A stretch of DNA of 38,446 bases. Origin: Eubacteriales bacterium. Lineage in GTDB: Bacteria > Bacillota > Clostridia > Oscillospirales > CAG-272. The stretch is from NCBI GenBank assembly GCA_045586105.1, contig JAZMZS010000135.1:1-38446 (forward strand). The letters are read 5' to 3'. Each line of letters starts with the position of its first letter. Position 1 is the first letter of the stretch. Below, one piece after another: positions 7,276 to 16,230 of this stretch. Position numbers and translations under genes: made by a program. The notes under the pieces are model-generated. The model made no database searches. It was given only the letters and a program-made list of their open reading frames with translations, and was not told the DNA's origin.

Positions 7276-7965
7276 ATGATAGGGATCATAGGCGCAATGC
7301 AGATAGAGACCGAGGCACTCTCGGCTATGCTCGAGGACAAGCACGTAGACATCATAAGCGGCAGAGAGTATCACACGGGAAAGCTCCACGGCAAGGACGT
7401 GGTAATATGCACCTGCGGAATAGGCAAGGTATTCGCCGCTGTATGCGCGGAGGCCATGATACTGCGCTATTCACCCTCGCTTATTATAAACACGGGCGTT
7501 GCAGGAGCGCTCGCCGACACGCTTGACGTGACGGATATTGTAGTTTCGGATGCGGTGGTCCAGCATGATATGGACACCTCCCCTCTCGGTGATCCCGTAG
7601 GACTTATAAGCGGCATAAACAAGGTATACTTTGACGCTGACAAGGCTGCCGCCGACAAGCTCGAGGCTATCGCAAGGGGGCTTAGCATAAACACCCTGCG
7701 CGGCACGGTAGCGTCGGGAGACCAATTCATCTCCGGCACAACCGCAAAGGAGAGGATAAAGCAAAGCTTCCCCTCTGCTGCCTGCTGTGAGATGGAGGGT
7801 GGTGCCATAGGACACGTCTGCTATGTAAATAACACCCCATTCGTCGTGCTCCGCGCGATCTCCGACAAGGCGGACGGCACGGGAAATATGGACTATATGC
7901 AGTTCTGCGGAATTGCGGCAGACAACTCGATAAAGGTGATGAGTGCTTTTATAAAAGAGATATAA
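7276..7965 (+). CDS. mtnN: 5'-methylthioadenosine/S-adenosylhomocysteine nucleosidase
   Basis: 229 aa. Supporting blocks: MIGIIGAMQIE, CGIGKV, INTGVAGAL, SGDQF, CEMEGGAIGHVC, LRAISDKAD. RBS AGGAGA. Confidence 0.9.
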   Translation: MIGIIGAMQIETEALSAMLEDKHVDIISGREYHTGKLHGKDVVICTCGIGKVFAAVCAEAMILRYSPSLIINTGVAGALADTLDVTDIVVSDAVVQHDMDTSPLGDPVGLISGINKVYFDADKAAADKLEAIARGLSINTLRGTVASGDQFISGTTAKERIKQSFPSAACCEMEGGAIGHVCYVNNTPFVVLRAISDKADGTGNMDYMQFCGIAADNSIKVMSAFIKEI

Positions 7966-7972
7966 CACAAGG

Positions 7973-8002
7973 ATCGGCGTGGTGATGCGCCGATTTTTTT
8001 TG
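7973..8002 (+). terminator. Rho-independent terminator after mtnN
   Basis: Stem ATCGGCG (7973-7979) / CGCCGAT (7988-7994) followed by a T8 run (7995-8002). Confidence 0.8.
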
Positions 8003-8089
8003 TTTCAGTGAGAGCGGGTACAGACGGGAGGAGAGTGCAAACGCGACCTGCTTTTTTACTTATTTTTGTACAAAATGATGTGTTGAGTG

Positions 8090-8118
8090 TTGATAAATCC
8101 ATGCGCATATGTTAAAAT
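8090..8118 (+). promoter_or_regulatory. Sigma-A type promoter for the dockerin BNR-propeller gene
   Basis: TTGATA (8090-8095), a 17-nt spacer, then TGT-TAAAAT (extended -10, 8110-8118). The implied transcription start lies downstream of the ORF-track ATG at 8121, which supports the ATG at 8154. Confidence 0.5.
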
Positions 8119-8153
8119 AAATGAGCCTAACAGTAAATTACAGAGGTAACAAT

Positions 8154-10241
8154 ATGAAAAGAAAGCTGTTTTTCACCTTCCTGTTTGTTATGCTGACCCT
8201 TCTCGGAGCAGCAATGGCATTATCCGCTGCAGGCGAAGAAGGCGCAGATACCGCAGCATCAGCCGGCGCGGCATCCGAGACGAAGGGCGGAGGAGTTCAT
8301 CCGATCTCCGAGCTGAATCTCGATGTGGGAGAGCTTGATTCCCACGCGGGCGTTACCGATATAAGCACGATCGAGGTAGATCTGAGGCGCACCTATGAGA
8401 TCGGAAACGATCAGCTCATCGATTCGGGCAACCTCTGGTATCCGAGGCTGAAAAAGCTCTCGACCGGAGAGTATATTCTTTTCTTCCAGGACGGAAGATG
8501 GGGACCGAACGTTTACTTTACCCACTCACGCGACGGGCTGAGCTGGGACGAGCCGACGCTCCTTTTTCAATCTCATTATACACATAACAGCGATTACATC
8601 CGCTATTATGCAACAGCGGATGCAACAGAGCTCTCGGACGGAACGATAGTTGTTGCGGCTATCTTCCACGCTTCGAGAAAAACGCCGACCTCTCCCGCAC
8701 CGAGCCGCTGGCTGATGACCGAAAAGGGCATCATCACCTCCTATTCGACCGACGGAGGTCACAGCTGGGCGGAAAGCAAGATCGTCTACCACGGCAGATG
8801 CTGGGAGCCGAGCTTCCTTGAGCTTCCCGACGGAAGCGTGCAGATGTACTTTACTCATTCTGCACCCAAGGATGCGATCTACGGAGAGAAGATGGGAAGC
8901 AAGGTATCGAGCGGTGTTGCTATGCTTACATCTACCGACCGGGGGCGCAGCTGGTCTCCGATGATACTCGAATACCCGTACGTTGCGCCGAGAGTAGCAC
9001 AGCAGCCGATATTCGTGTATAACGGCATACAGATACTGACCGACCAGATGCCGTCTGCAATTCTTCTGCACGACGGCAAGACTATAGCGATGTCGACAGA
9101 GAGCCTGCGTCCCGACGAATCGGGGCATTCTACCTCGGTCATCCGCTCGCATGACTTTTTCTCGCGCATTCTTGAGGAGAACGAATACGGCCCCTCAGAC
9201 AGAGACGATATGCTCGTCACGGGAGCGGCGCCTTATATCGCGCAGTTCCCGTCGGGCGAGGTGATCCTCTCTACCTTCTCGGGACAGAAGCAAAAGGTAT
9301 ATATAGGAAACGAAAAGGCTGACGAGTTCTATCTGTCGCGCTCCTTTATTCCCTTCCCTCAGCAGAAGGTACAGATGTGGGGCGACCTCTTCATTGCCGA
9401 CAGCCACACTCTGATAGCAAGCTCGGGCGACACGATAGTCGAGGCGGGCGTAAAGCATAACCTCGGCTCGCGCGGTATCGGTATATCGCACATGATACTC
9501 AACCACAGAACAGACGCAAAGACGCTCACCCCGAAGATCGACGGCTACACCGAAGACTGGAGCGCGAATACCGATGCGCTTTTTGTCGGAAGCATCTCGC
9601 AGGCACAGACCTCGATGCGCCTCGCCCATGATGACGATAACGTGTATCTCCTCTTTGAGCATCTCGACTACACTCTGACCTCGAGCGATTATTTCCTGTT
9701 TTATATCTCTGACGGCACAAGCGTAAAATACCGGATCAAGGGAACGCCCGGCGGTGTAACAGAGCTCGTCCGCATTAAGGGCTCAAGCACAACGAGCATC
9801 ACTCACACGGCAAGCATACAGATGTACGGTACACTTGACCAAAACAGCGACACCGACCGTGGCTTTGCACTTGAGGTGGCAATACCGAAGAAGAGCTTTT
9901 TCAGCTCGGACACTCTGCGTGTATTCATGAAGATGTACAACAATGACGGCGCAGACACCTACGCATGGGACGGCTTTAACGGTCTTTCCGAGGGCAAGAT
10001 CGCAACCTGGCACATGGTCCGCCTTTCCGACATCAAGGGCGTGAGCACACAGGCCCCGTACGCAGGAGATCTTGACGGAAACAATACAGAGGATAATACC
10101 GACCTCACTCTGCTCGTACGTTATCTCTCGGGCTATACGGACGTACCCTTCGATGCTGTACGTGCCGATCTCGACGGAAACGGAAAAGCAACCAACAGAG
10201 ATGCTATAACGCTTATAAAGCTGCTTGCAAAGCAAGGCTGA
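8154..10241 (+). CDS. Secreted BNR/Asp-box beta-propeller glycosidase-like protein + CBM9-like module + C-terminal type-I dockerin
   Basis: Signal peptide MKRKLFFTFLFVMLTLLGAAMALSAAG. Three Asp-boxes: SRDGLSWDE, STDGGHSWAE, STDRGRSWSP. CBM9-like block IDGYTEDWSANTDALFVG...LAHDDDNVYLLFEH. Duplicated dockerin Ca-loops DLDGNNTEDNTDLTLLVRYL and DLDGNGKATNRDAITLIKLL. Confidence 0.8.
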   Translation: MKRKLFFTFLFVMLTLLGAAMALSAAGEEGADTAASAGAASETKGGGVHPISELNLDVGELDSHAGVTDISTIEVDLRRTYEIGNDQLIDSGNLWYPRLKKLSTGEYILFFQDGRWGPNVYFTHSRDGLSWDEPTLLFQSHYTHNSDYIRYYATADATELSDGTIVVAAIFHASRKTPTSPAPSRWLMTEKGIITSYSTDGGHSWAESKIVYHGRCWEPSFLELPDGSVQMYFTHSAPKDAIYGEKMGSKVSSGVAMLTSTDRGRSWSPMILEYPYVAPRVAQQPIFVYNGIQILTDQMPSAILLHDGKTIAMSTESLRPDESGHSTSVIRSHDFFSRILEENEYGPSDRDDMLVTGAAPYIAQFPSGEVILSTFSGQKQKVYIGNEKADEFYLSRSFIPFPQQKVQMWGDLFIADSHTLIASSGDTIVEAGVKHNLGSRGIGISHMILNHRTDAKTLTPKIDGYTEDWSANTDALFVGSISQAQTSMRLAHDDDNVYLLFEHLDYTLTSSDYFLFYISDGTSVKYRIKGTPGGVTELVRIKGSSTTSITHTASIQMYGTLDQNSDTDRGFALEVAIPKKSFFSSDTLRVFMKMYNNDGADTYAWDGFNGLSEGKIATWHMVRLSDIKGVSTQAPYAGDLDGNNTEDNTDLTLLVRYLSGYTDVPFDAVRADLDGNGKATNRDAITLIKLLAKQG

Positions 10242-10272
10242 CCGACAGGCATCTGCCCAGAAAGGAAAAAAT

Positions 10273-12651
10273 ATGTCAATATTCGATCTTTCTATGTTCG
10301 ATATCCGCCCGATGGCTGACGAGCGCTTCACCATGAAGGGCGATAAATACCGCTTCACCGTGCTGACCGACAGAATGCTGCGTCTCGAATACTCCGAGGA
10401 CGGGATATTTGAGGACAGGGCTACGCGCCTTGCCTTCAACCGTGCCTTTGATACTCCCGAATACGAGGTGTACGAGGAATGCGGGCTTCTCCATATAAAG
10501 ACGGCGCACCTGCATCTCTCCTACAACAAGCAGAAATTCTCGGAGCTCGGGCTTCAGATATCCGTAGACGGGACCGGAGCGTGGCTGTTCGGGCAAAAGC
10601 CGAATACCCTGCCAGGCACCGTCCGCACACTTGACCGCGTAAACGGCTCCTGCCCTCTCGGTCCATCCGTACTCAACAGAAGCACGGGTATTGCGGTGCT
10701 TGACGATTCAGACACCCTTGTCATCGGCGATGACGGCTGGCCCGTGCCCTCGAAGAAGGGCAGACTGGATCTGTACTTTTTCGGTTACAAGAACGACTAT
10801 GAGGGTGCTATCCGTGACTTTTACAAGCTAAGCGCACCCATGCCTCTCGTGCCGAGATACGCTCTTGGAAACTGGTGGTCGAGATACCACAAGTATTCAG
10901 CCGACGAGTATATTGCTCTCGTCGATAGATTCAAGGAAAACGAGCTTCCCTTCTCGGTTGCGGTCATAGACATGGACTGGCATATAACCGAGACGCCCGA
11001 TCCCGTGCGCTTCGGCTCGGGATGGACGGGATACACCTGGAACAGAGACCTTTTCCCCGACCCCGAGGGCTTTCTCTCCGAGCTTCACGAAAGAGGGCTT
11101 GCTACCTCTCTCAATCTTCATCCGAGAGACGGCATACGCGCCTACGAGGAGGTCTATCCTGCACTCTGCGAAAGAATGGGGCTTGATCCCGCCGAGGGAA
11201 AGCAGATAGAATTCGACGCTTCCTCAAGGGAATTCATGGAGGCGTACTTCGACACGGTGCTTGACCCGATGGAGGAGCGCGGAGTTGATTTCTGGTGGAT
11301 AGACTGGCAGCAGCAGGGCGGTATGAGGATCCCCGGGTACGACGTTCTCTGGATGCTCAACCACTGCCATTACGCAGACAACGCAAGAGACGGCAAGCGT
11401 CCGCTTCTCTTCTCGCGTTACGCCGAGATAGGCTCGCACAGATATCCTCTCGGCTTTTCGGGAGACACGCATATAACCTGGGAGAGCCTTGCTTTTCAGC
11501 CATACTTTACCGCAATGGCGTCAAATCTCGGCTTCTCGATGTGGAGCCACGACATAGGCGGTCACATGAACGGCTACCACGACCCCGAGCTGTTTTGCCG
11601 CTGGGTACAGCTCGGCGTATTCTCCCCCATCAACCGTCTGCATTCCTCTACCTCACCATTTGCCTCCAAGGAGCCCTGGAACTACGGTCCCGAGGCTGAG
11701 AGGATCGTGAGTGAATTTCTGCGGCTGCGCCATGCGCTGATCCCGTATATATACACGGCGCATTATAAAAACCACACTGAGGGAACGCCGCTTATCCGTC
11801 CCGTATACTTCAAGCATCCGAAAAACGGAGATGCGTACAAATACAAAAATCAGTATTACTTCGGAGACGATCTGCTCGCGGCACCGATCACGTCAAAGCG
11901 GGATGCGGACAGTCTGCTTGCAAAGACGACCCTCTGGATGCCCGACGGCGTATGGATCGACTTTTTCTCCGGCCGCATCTACAGAGGCGGCAGAACGATA
12001 GATATATACAGGCATCTTGAACAAATGCCCGTATTTGCACGTGCGGGAAGCATAATTCCCCTCGCCCGCACAAGCGGCAACGATACGGCGATCCCGTCGG
12101 CGCTCGATCTGCGGGTCTTTGGCGGTAAGAGCGGCAGCTACACCCTTATCGAAGACAACGACAAGCCTGACCGTGACATCGACGTGAGTGAAACTCGCTT
12201 TACCTTTGAGTACGGCGACAGCTCCTTTTTGCGCATCGAATCGGCAGAGGCGCGGGATTATCTGCCGGAGTGGAGGACGTATCACGTTTCCTTCGTTGCA
12301 TTCGGACGTCCCGTTGCCGTTACTCTCTCCGTAGCGGGAAGCACGATCCCTCTCTCCTTTGAGTACGACGAGCGGACGAAGACCGTCAAGTGCGCTCCCC
12401 TCACCCTTGAGGCAGGGGGTATTGCCGAGATCGGCGTTATCGCGGGAAAGTCCCTGCCCGACAACGAAATCAAGAGCTGCGTAAGAGAAGCGATTATGTA
12501 CTGCAGTCATCTGTCTATCGACGAGTGCGGAGCACTTGAGGGCATTCTGCGCAGAAGCTCTCCTCCCGCTCAGTTAGCCTCAGAAATACTCACCCGCCCG
12601 GGTAACGAGTATCTCAAGGGCTATATCCTCGAGCTTCTGTGCGCGAAGTGA
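10273..12651 (+). CDS. Glycoside hydrolase family 31 (alpha-glucosidase/alpha-xylosidase-like), no signal peptide
   Basis: GH31 blocks: LPFSVAVIDMDWH...WNRDLFPDPEGFLSELHERG, VDFWWIDWQQ (nucleophile region), RPLLFSRYAEIGSHRYPLGFSGDTHITWESLAFQ, WSHDIGGH (acid/base region). The ATG at 10273 has an AGGA RBS and lies 31 nt after the preceding stop. Confidence 0.88.
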   Translation: MSIFDLSMFDIRPMADERFTMKGDKYRFTVLTDRMLRLEYSEDGIFEDRATRLAFNRAFDTPEYEVYEECGLLHIKTAHLHLSYNKQKFSELGLQISVDGTGAWLFGQKPNTLPGTVRTLDRVNGSCPLGPSVLNRSTGIAVLDDSDTLVIGDDGWPVPSKKGRLDLYFFGYKNDYEGAIRDFYKLSAPMPLVPRYALGNWWSRYHKYSADEYIALVDRFKENELPFSVAVIDMDWHITETPDPVRFGSGWTGYTWNRDLFPDPEGFLSELHERGLATSLNLHPRDGIRAYEEVYPALCERMGLDPAEGKQIEFDASSREFMEAYFDTVLDPMEERGVDFWWIDWQQQGGMRIPGYDVLWMLNHCHYADNARDGKRPLLFSRYAEIGSHRYPLGFSGDTHITWESLAFQPYFTAMASNLGFSMWSHDIGGHMNGYHDPELFCRWVQLGVFSPINRLHSSTSPFASKEPWNYGPEAERIVSEFLRLRHALIPYIYTAHYKNHTEGTPLIRPVYFKHPKNGDAYKYKNQYYFGDDLLAAPITSKRDADSLLAKTTLWMPDGVWIDFFSGRIYRGGRTIDIYRHLEQMPVFARAGSIIPLARTSGNDTAIPSALDLRVFGGKSGSYTLIEDNDKPDRDIDVSETRFTFEYGDSSFLRIESAEARDYLPEWRTYHVSFVAFGRPVAVTLSVAGSTIPLSFEYDERTKTVKCAPLTLEAGGIAEIGVIAGKSLPDNEIKSCVREAIMYCSHLSIDECGALEGILRRSSPPAQLASEILTRPGNEYLKGYILELLCAK

Positions 12652-12672
12652 TAGAAAAAAGGTCATAAAAAA

Positions 12673-12696
12673 GGGGATGTTCCAAACAGCATCCCC
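12673..12696 (+). terminator. Possible weak terminator after the GH31 gene
   Basis: Stem GGGGATG / CATCCCC with a 10-nt loop. The T-run (TCGTTTTT) is displaced about 12 nt downstream, so this is not canonical. Confidence 0.3.
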
Positions 12697-12828
12697 CGAA
12701 TACTTCGTTTTTCGCATTCTCACAGACAGCATTTGTTTGTTATTCCGCATCTCACAGCCATGATCCTTAATGGCATATCCACGTTCAAAGCATAAATACA
12801 CACAAAAACTCTAACGGAGGCAATGAGA

Positions 12829-15800
12829 ATGAAAAAAAGCATGATCAGGCTCCTGTCGCTCTTTCTTTGCGCGGTAATGCTCGCCCCCTCTCTCTGCATC
12901 GCGGCTGCTTCGGATACAACCTGCAGAGCGGTCACTTCAAGCGAGACGGCGGTAGTATATCTGCGCGAGGGCGGTACCGGCGACGGAAGCACCGAGGCAT
13001 CCCCAATAGGAACGCTGTCGGCAGCGATGAAGGCGGCGGCAGCATACGGTGTCACGGCAAAGATACAGGTGATAGGCGAGTACCGAATGGACTTTGCCTC
13101 GGGGGCGTTTTCCTCTCCCTCGCACACTAATCTGATCGTGATCTCGGGCAAGGGGACTTACGGAAAGATATACGCAGACACCACAAACGGCGACTACGCA
13201 AAGTGGTATCTCAACGGGGACTTGCAGTTCGAGGATATCGAGCTTGGCTTTTTCCCGTGGCGCTTGTTTTTCATAACGCAGTTTCACGATCTGTATATGC
13301 TTGACGGCATCACGATGACGGAAGGCTCAAACAAGATCGGTATCATCCCCGCGATATCAAGCACGTCAAAGACCTTCGACGGCAAAAAATACAACGGCGA
13401 TTACAAGATAGTATTGCTGTCGGGCGTCTACGACGCCGTTACCCTGTTTGCTCAGGGAGGTGCCAAGGGCGACCTTGCAGGCGGCGTAACGCTGGTATTC
13501 GGAAACACGGCGGAGGCGTGGAGGATACACGTCTCGCACAAGATAGCCAAAAGCGTCGACCGCGCGCATATATACCTTGACGGAGGCGTCGTTCATACGG
13601 GCGTTGCTTACCACGATATTCCGAAGTCCACGACCGACGTCTCGGGGGTCGCCGGAGCGCGCGAAGACTTCAAGATAACGGTTACCGACAACTTTGATAT
13701 AGAAAACAGCTTCACCGTAGGATTCCCAAGCGACCCCGCAAGGTTCGGCGGGATCAGCGGGACGTCCGTTTACCTCGACGGAAGCGCCTGCGTCGGCAAC
13801 GAGGCTCTCGGAAGCTATACGATGGAGATCGAAACGGACGTCTACGACGACGTGACGGCGCACGTAAACGAGGATACCTTCGACGCAAACGGCATCAAGC
13901 GTATCAAGTCCGGAAGCGGACTTCCGCAGGGGCTTGTTCCCCCGTCTTGGGATGAGATGAGCTCACCCGAGAAATATAATTACGGGGACGTTAACGGCGA
14001 CGGAGAGTTCAACAACACGGATATTACGGAGCTTGTGCGCTTTCTCTCGGGCATAGAGGTAAGCGTCAAGGTTCCCGAGCGTGCGGACGTAGACCAAAAC
14101 AACAAAGCGAACAACAGGGACGTGATAGATATGATACTTTCAATAAACGGAATAAAGCCCTCGCCCGACAAGCGTTACTCGCCCGAGGATTACAGGATAA
14201 TATCAAAGGATGAATATACGGACAAGACCACGGCGGCGTTTCTCGGACAGCTCGCGGGCTTTTTGTCGGGACACGAGTTTGCAAAGGGCTCGGACGGCAA
14301 GTGCCTGGTCGCGATGCCGGACGAGAGATTCGTCTACCTCAGGGGTCCTTACGCCGTCGGTGCAAGACCCAAGCATATATATAACGAGGACTCGAAGCTC
14401 TGGGAGGTATGGTTTGACGACGATTTCTCGGTTGACGTTGTCAATCAGTATATTCTCGCGGATATGTATTACAATAAAGGCACCGTCTGCCAGAAGTACA
14501 TAACCGACGGCTGGCTCAACTACGACGTCTGGGACATGGGCGGAGGTCAGCGCAAGGTCGGCGCCTACGGGCTTTCAAAAAGATATAACTATCTGCCTCA
14601 GTTTTTGGGGAATACCGAGACTGAGAACTGGTACAGCTTTATAAGCGAGCCTTATCTCGGCACGGATACCCTCGGAATGAACGCCGCGGGAATGCCCGAG
14701 ACGGCAAGAGAGCTCGCCGCCGTGTTCTCGCAGGCAACGGGAGACAGGGATAATCTTCTTTTTGCGCAGATGTTCGCGGCGATGATATCGAGCGCGTATT
14801 TTGAGGACGACGTCGAGAGCGTCATCAGAGAAGCGTGCAAGGTGCTTCCCGAAGGCTCCTGGCCTACCTATATCGTAGAGGACGTTTTCGAGATCTATAA
14901 AAAGCACCCGAACGACTGGCGCGCGGGCTTTACCGAATATGAAAAGAAGCACTATATCGCGTCTGATATAACCTCCACCGCAGATACGGCGATAAACTGC
15001 GGCTTCGTTCTGCTCGAGCTTCTTTACGGTGAGGGAGATTATATGAAGACCTGCAAAATAGGCTCGCTTGCGGGCTACGATTGCGAGTCCACCTGCGGCA
15101 TCGCGCTTGCGGTGCTCGGCGTAATGGGCGGTACTTCGATCCTTCCCGAGGAGACGAACACCTACGTCTGGCAGGACGGAGAGGGGACTCTTGTCAACCT
15201 CGTAAACCCCGGATGTAAGAACGATCAGGGAGTCTGGATGATAGCGGCAGGTCTTCCTTCAAGAATGAAGATCAGCGAAATTATAGAGAAATACCGCGAG
15301 AACTTCGAGGCGGTGCTGCTTGAGCGGGGAGGTGCCGCCGACGCACATTATTACTATATTCCGCGCGAGGAGCTGCGCGGATACGATACCGTAAAGATAG
15401 AAAACGCACAGCTCGCGGACGGAACGCTCAACGGCTTTAGCGTAAAGGGAGAGGTAAGCGTCACGAAGTACGCATCGGTCAGCCACTACGGAGCAAGGCT
15501 TACGGGAAGCGCGGAGCTTTCACAGAGGGTAAGCGGACTCAAGATCGGAGAGACCTACGCTCTCAGCGCCTATATGAAGGCAACGGGAAGCTCAAGCGCG
15601 TATCTGTTCGTATCCTCCCCCGACGGCTCGGGTGCGGTGTGCGCTTCTGTTCACGCAACCGTCGGAACGCCCAAGTACGAAGCGCACAGCAGCTTCAAGC
15701 GCACGCTGTACTTTACCGCAACAGATACCGAAATGACGATCGGCGTCAGATATAACGGAGCGGACGGCGAGTACGCGGCGGCAGGCTCGTTTGAGCTTAT

Positions 15801-16161
15801 CCGCATAAGCGAGAAGCAAGTGGGCAGCGTAGGCGTTCAAAACGAAAAAGCAGACGGCGTCTACGAGGGCTCGTTCAGCCTTGATATAAACGGAGAGACC
15901 GATAAGGAGGTCTACCTCAAGCTCCGCTTTGCAAATCCGAACGATAAGGTCACGAACGTCGCCCTTACCGTAAACGGAACGAAGTACGCGACCGCGGCGT
16001 TCTATAAAACGAACCCCGCCGACGGCATGGAGAACGCCGATACTATATATATCCCGCTCGTTCTGTCGGTCGGAGAGAATACCGTAAGCGGAAGCTTCAC
16101 GGGAACGCTCAGCATCTTTGACGCAGAGCTGGTCGAGCGGACAGACCGCTTTGAGAATTAA
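12829..16161 (+). CDS. Secreted multidomain protein: beta-helix module + internal dockerin + ADP-ribosylglycohydrolase-like region (tentative) + two CBM-like beta-sandwich modules
   Basis: Signal peptide MKKSMIRLLSLFLCAVMLAPSLCIAAA. GGAGG lies 8 nt upstream of the ATG at 12829, whereas the ATG at 12823 is too close to it. Beta-helix head: VVYLREGGTGDGSTEASPIGTLSAAMKAA. Dockerin: GDVNGDGEFNNTDITELVRFL ... DVDQNNKANNRDVIDMILSI. ARH-like start KTTAAFLGQLAGFLSGHEF and end AGYDCESTCGIALAVLGVMGG lie about 300 aa apart. The C-terminus has CBM-like features (ENAQLADGTLNGF...; NVALTVNGTKYATAAFY). Confidence 0.78.
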   Translation: MKKSMIRLLSLFLCAVMLAPSLCIAAASDTTCRAVTSSETAVVYLREGGTGDGSTEASPIGTLSAAMKAAAAYGVTAKIQVIGEYRMDFASGAFSSPSHTNLIVISGKGTYGKIYADTTNGDYAKWYLNGDLQFEDIELGFFPWRLFFITQFHDLYMLDGITMTEGSNKIGIIPAISSTSKTFDGKKYNGDYKIVLLSGVYDAVTLFAQGGAKGDLAGGVTLVFGNTAEAWRIHVSHKIAKSVDRAHIYLDGGVVHTGVAYHDIPKSTTDVSGVAGAREDFKITVTDNFDIENSFTVGFPSDPARFGGISGTSVYLDGSACVGNEALGSYTMEIETDVYDDVTAHVNEDTFDANGIKRIKSGSGLPQGLVPPSWDEMSSPEKYNYGDVNGDGEFNNTDITELVRFLSGIEVSVKVPERADVDQNNKANNRDVIDMILSINGIKPSPDKRYSPEDYRIISKDEYTDKTTAAFLGQLAGFLSGHEFAKGSDGKCLVAMPDERFVYLRGPYAVGARPKHIYNEDSKLWEVWFDDDFSVDVVNQYILADMYYNKGTVCQKYITDGWLNYDVWDMGGGQRKVGAYGLSKRYNYLPQFLGNTETENWYSFISEPYLGTDTLGMNAAGMPETARELAAVFSQATGDRDNLLFAQMFAAMISSAYFEDDVESVIREACKVLPEGSWPTYIVEDVFEIYKKHPNDWRAGFTEYEKKHYIASDITSTADTAINCGFVLLELLYGEGDYMKTCKIGSLAGYDCESTCGIALAVLGVMGGTSILPEETNTYVWQDGEGTLVNLVNPGCKNDQGVWMIAAGLPSRMKISEIIEKYRENFEAVLLERGGAADAHYYYIPREELRGYDTVKIENAQLADGTLNGFSVKGEVSVTKYASVSHYGARLTGSAELSQRVSGLKIGETYALSAYMKATGSSSAYLFVSSPDGSGAVCASVHATVGTPKYEAHSSFKRTLYFTATDTEMTIGVRYNGADGEYAAAGSFELIRISEKQVGSVGVQNEKADGVYEGSFSLDINGETDKEVYLKLRFANPNDKVTNVALTVNGTKYATAAFYKTNPADGMENADTIYIPLVLSVGENTVSGSFTGTLSIFDAELVERTDRFEN

Positions 16162-16178
16162 GGATGCATATACACATA

Positions 16179-16222
16179 CAGGGAAAACTCTTTTTAAACA
16201 AGAGTTTTCCCTGTACTTTTTT
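16179..16222 (+). terminator. Rho-independent terminator after the 1110-aa dockerin protein gene
   Basis: Perfect 14-bp stem CAGGGAAAACTCTT / AAGAGTTTTCCCTG with loop TTTAAAC, followed by TACTTTTTT. Confidence 0.85.
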
Positions 16223-16230
16223 GCAATTAT

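Noticed and set aside
8154-9500. Calling the BNR propeller a bona fide sialidase (GH33)
   Set aside because: Asp-boxes alone are not diagnostic. I could not find a clear (F/Y)RIP motif or other sialidase catalytic signatures by eye, so only the superfamily-level call is made.
12720-13151. 143-aa minus-strand ORF overlapping the start of the 12829 gene
   Set aside because: It overlaps the signal peptide and beta-helix head of a well-supported gene and extends into its promoter region. It has no motifs.
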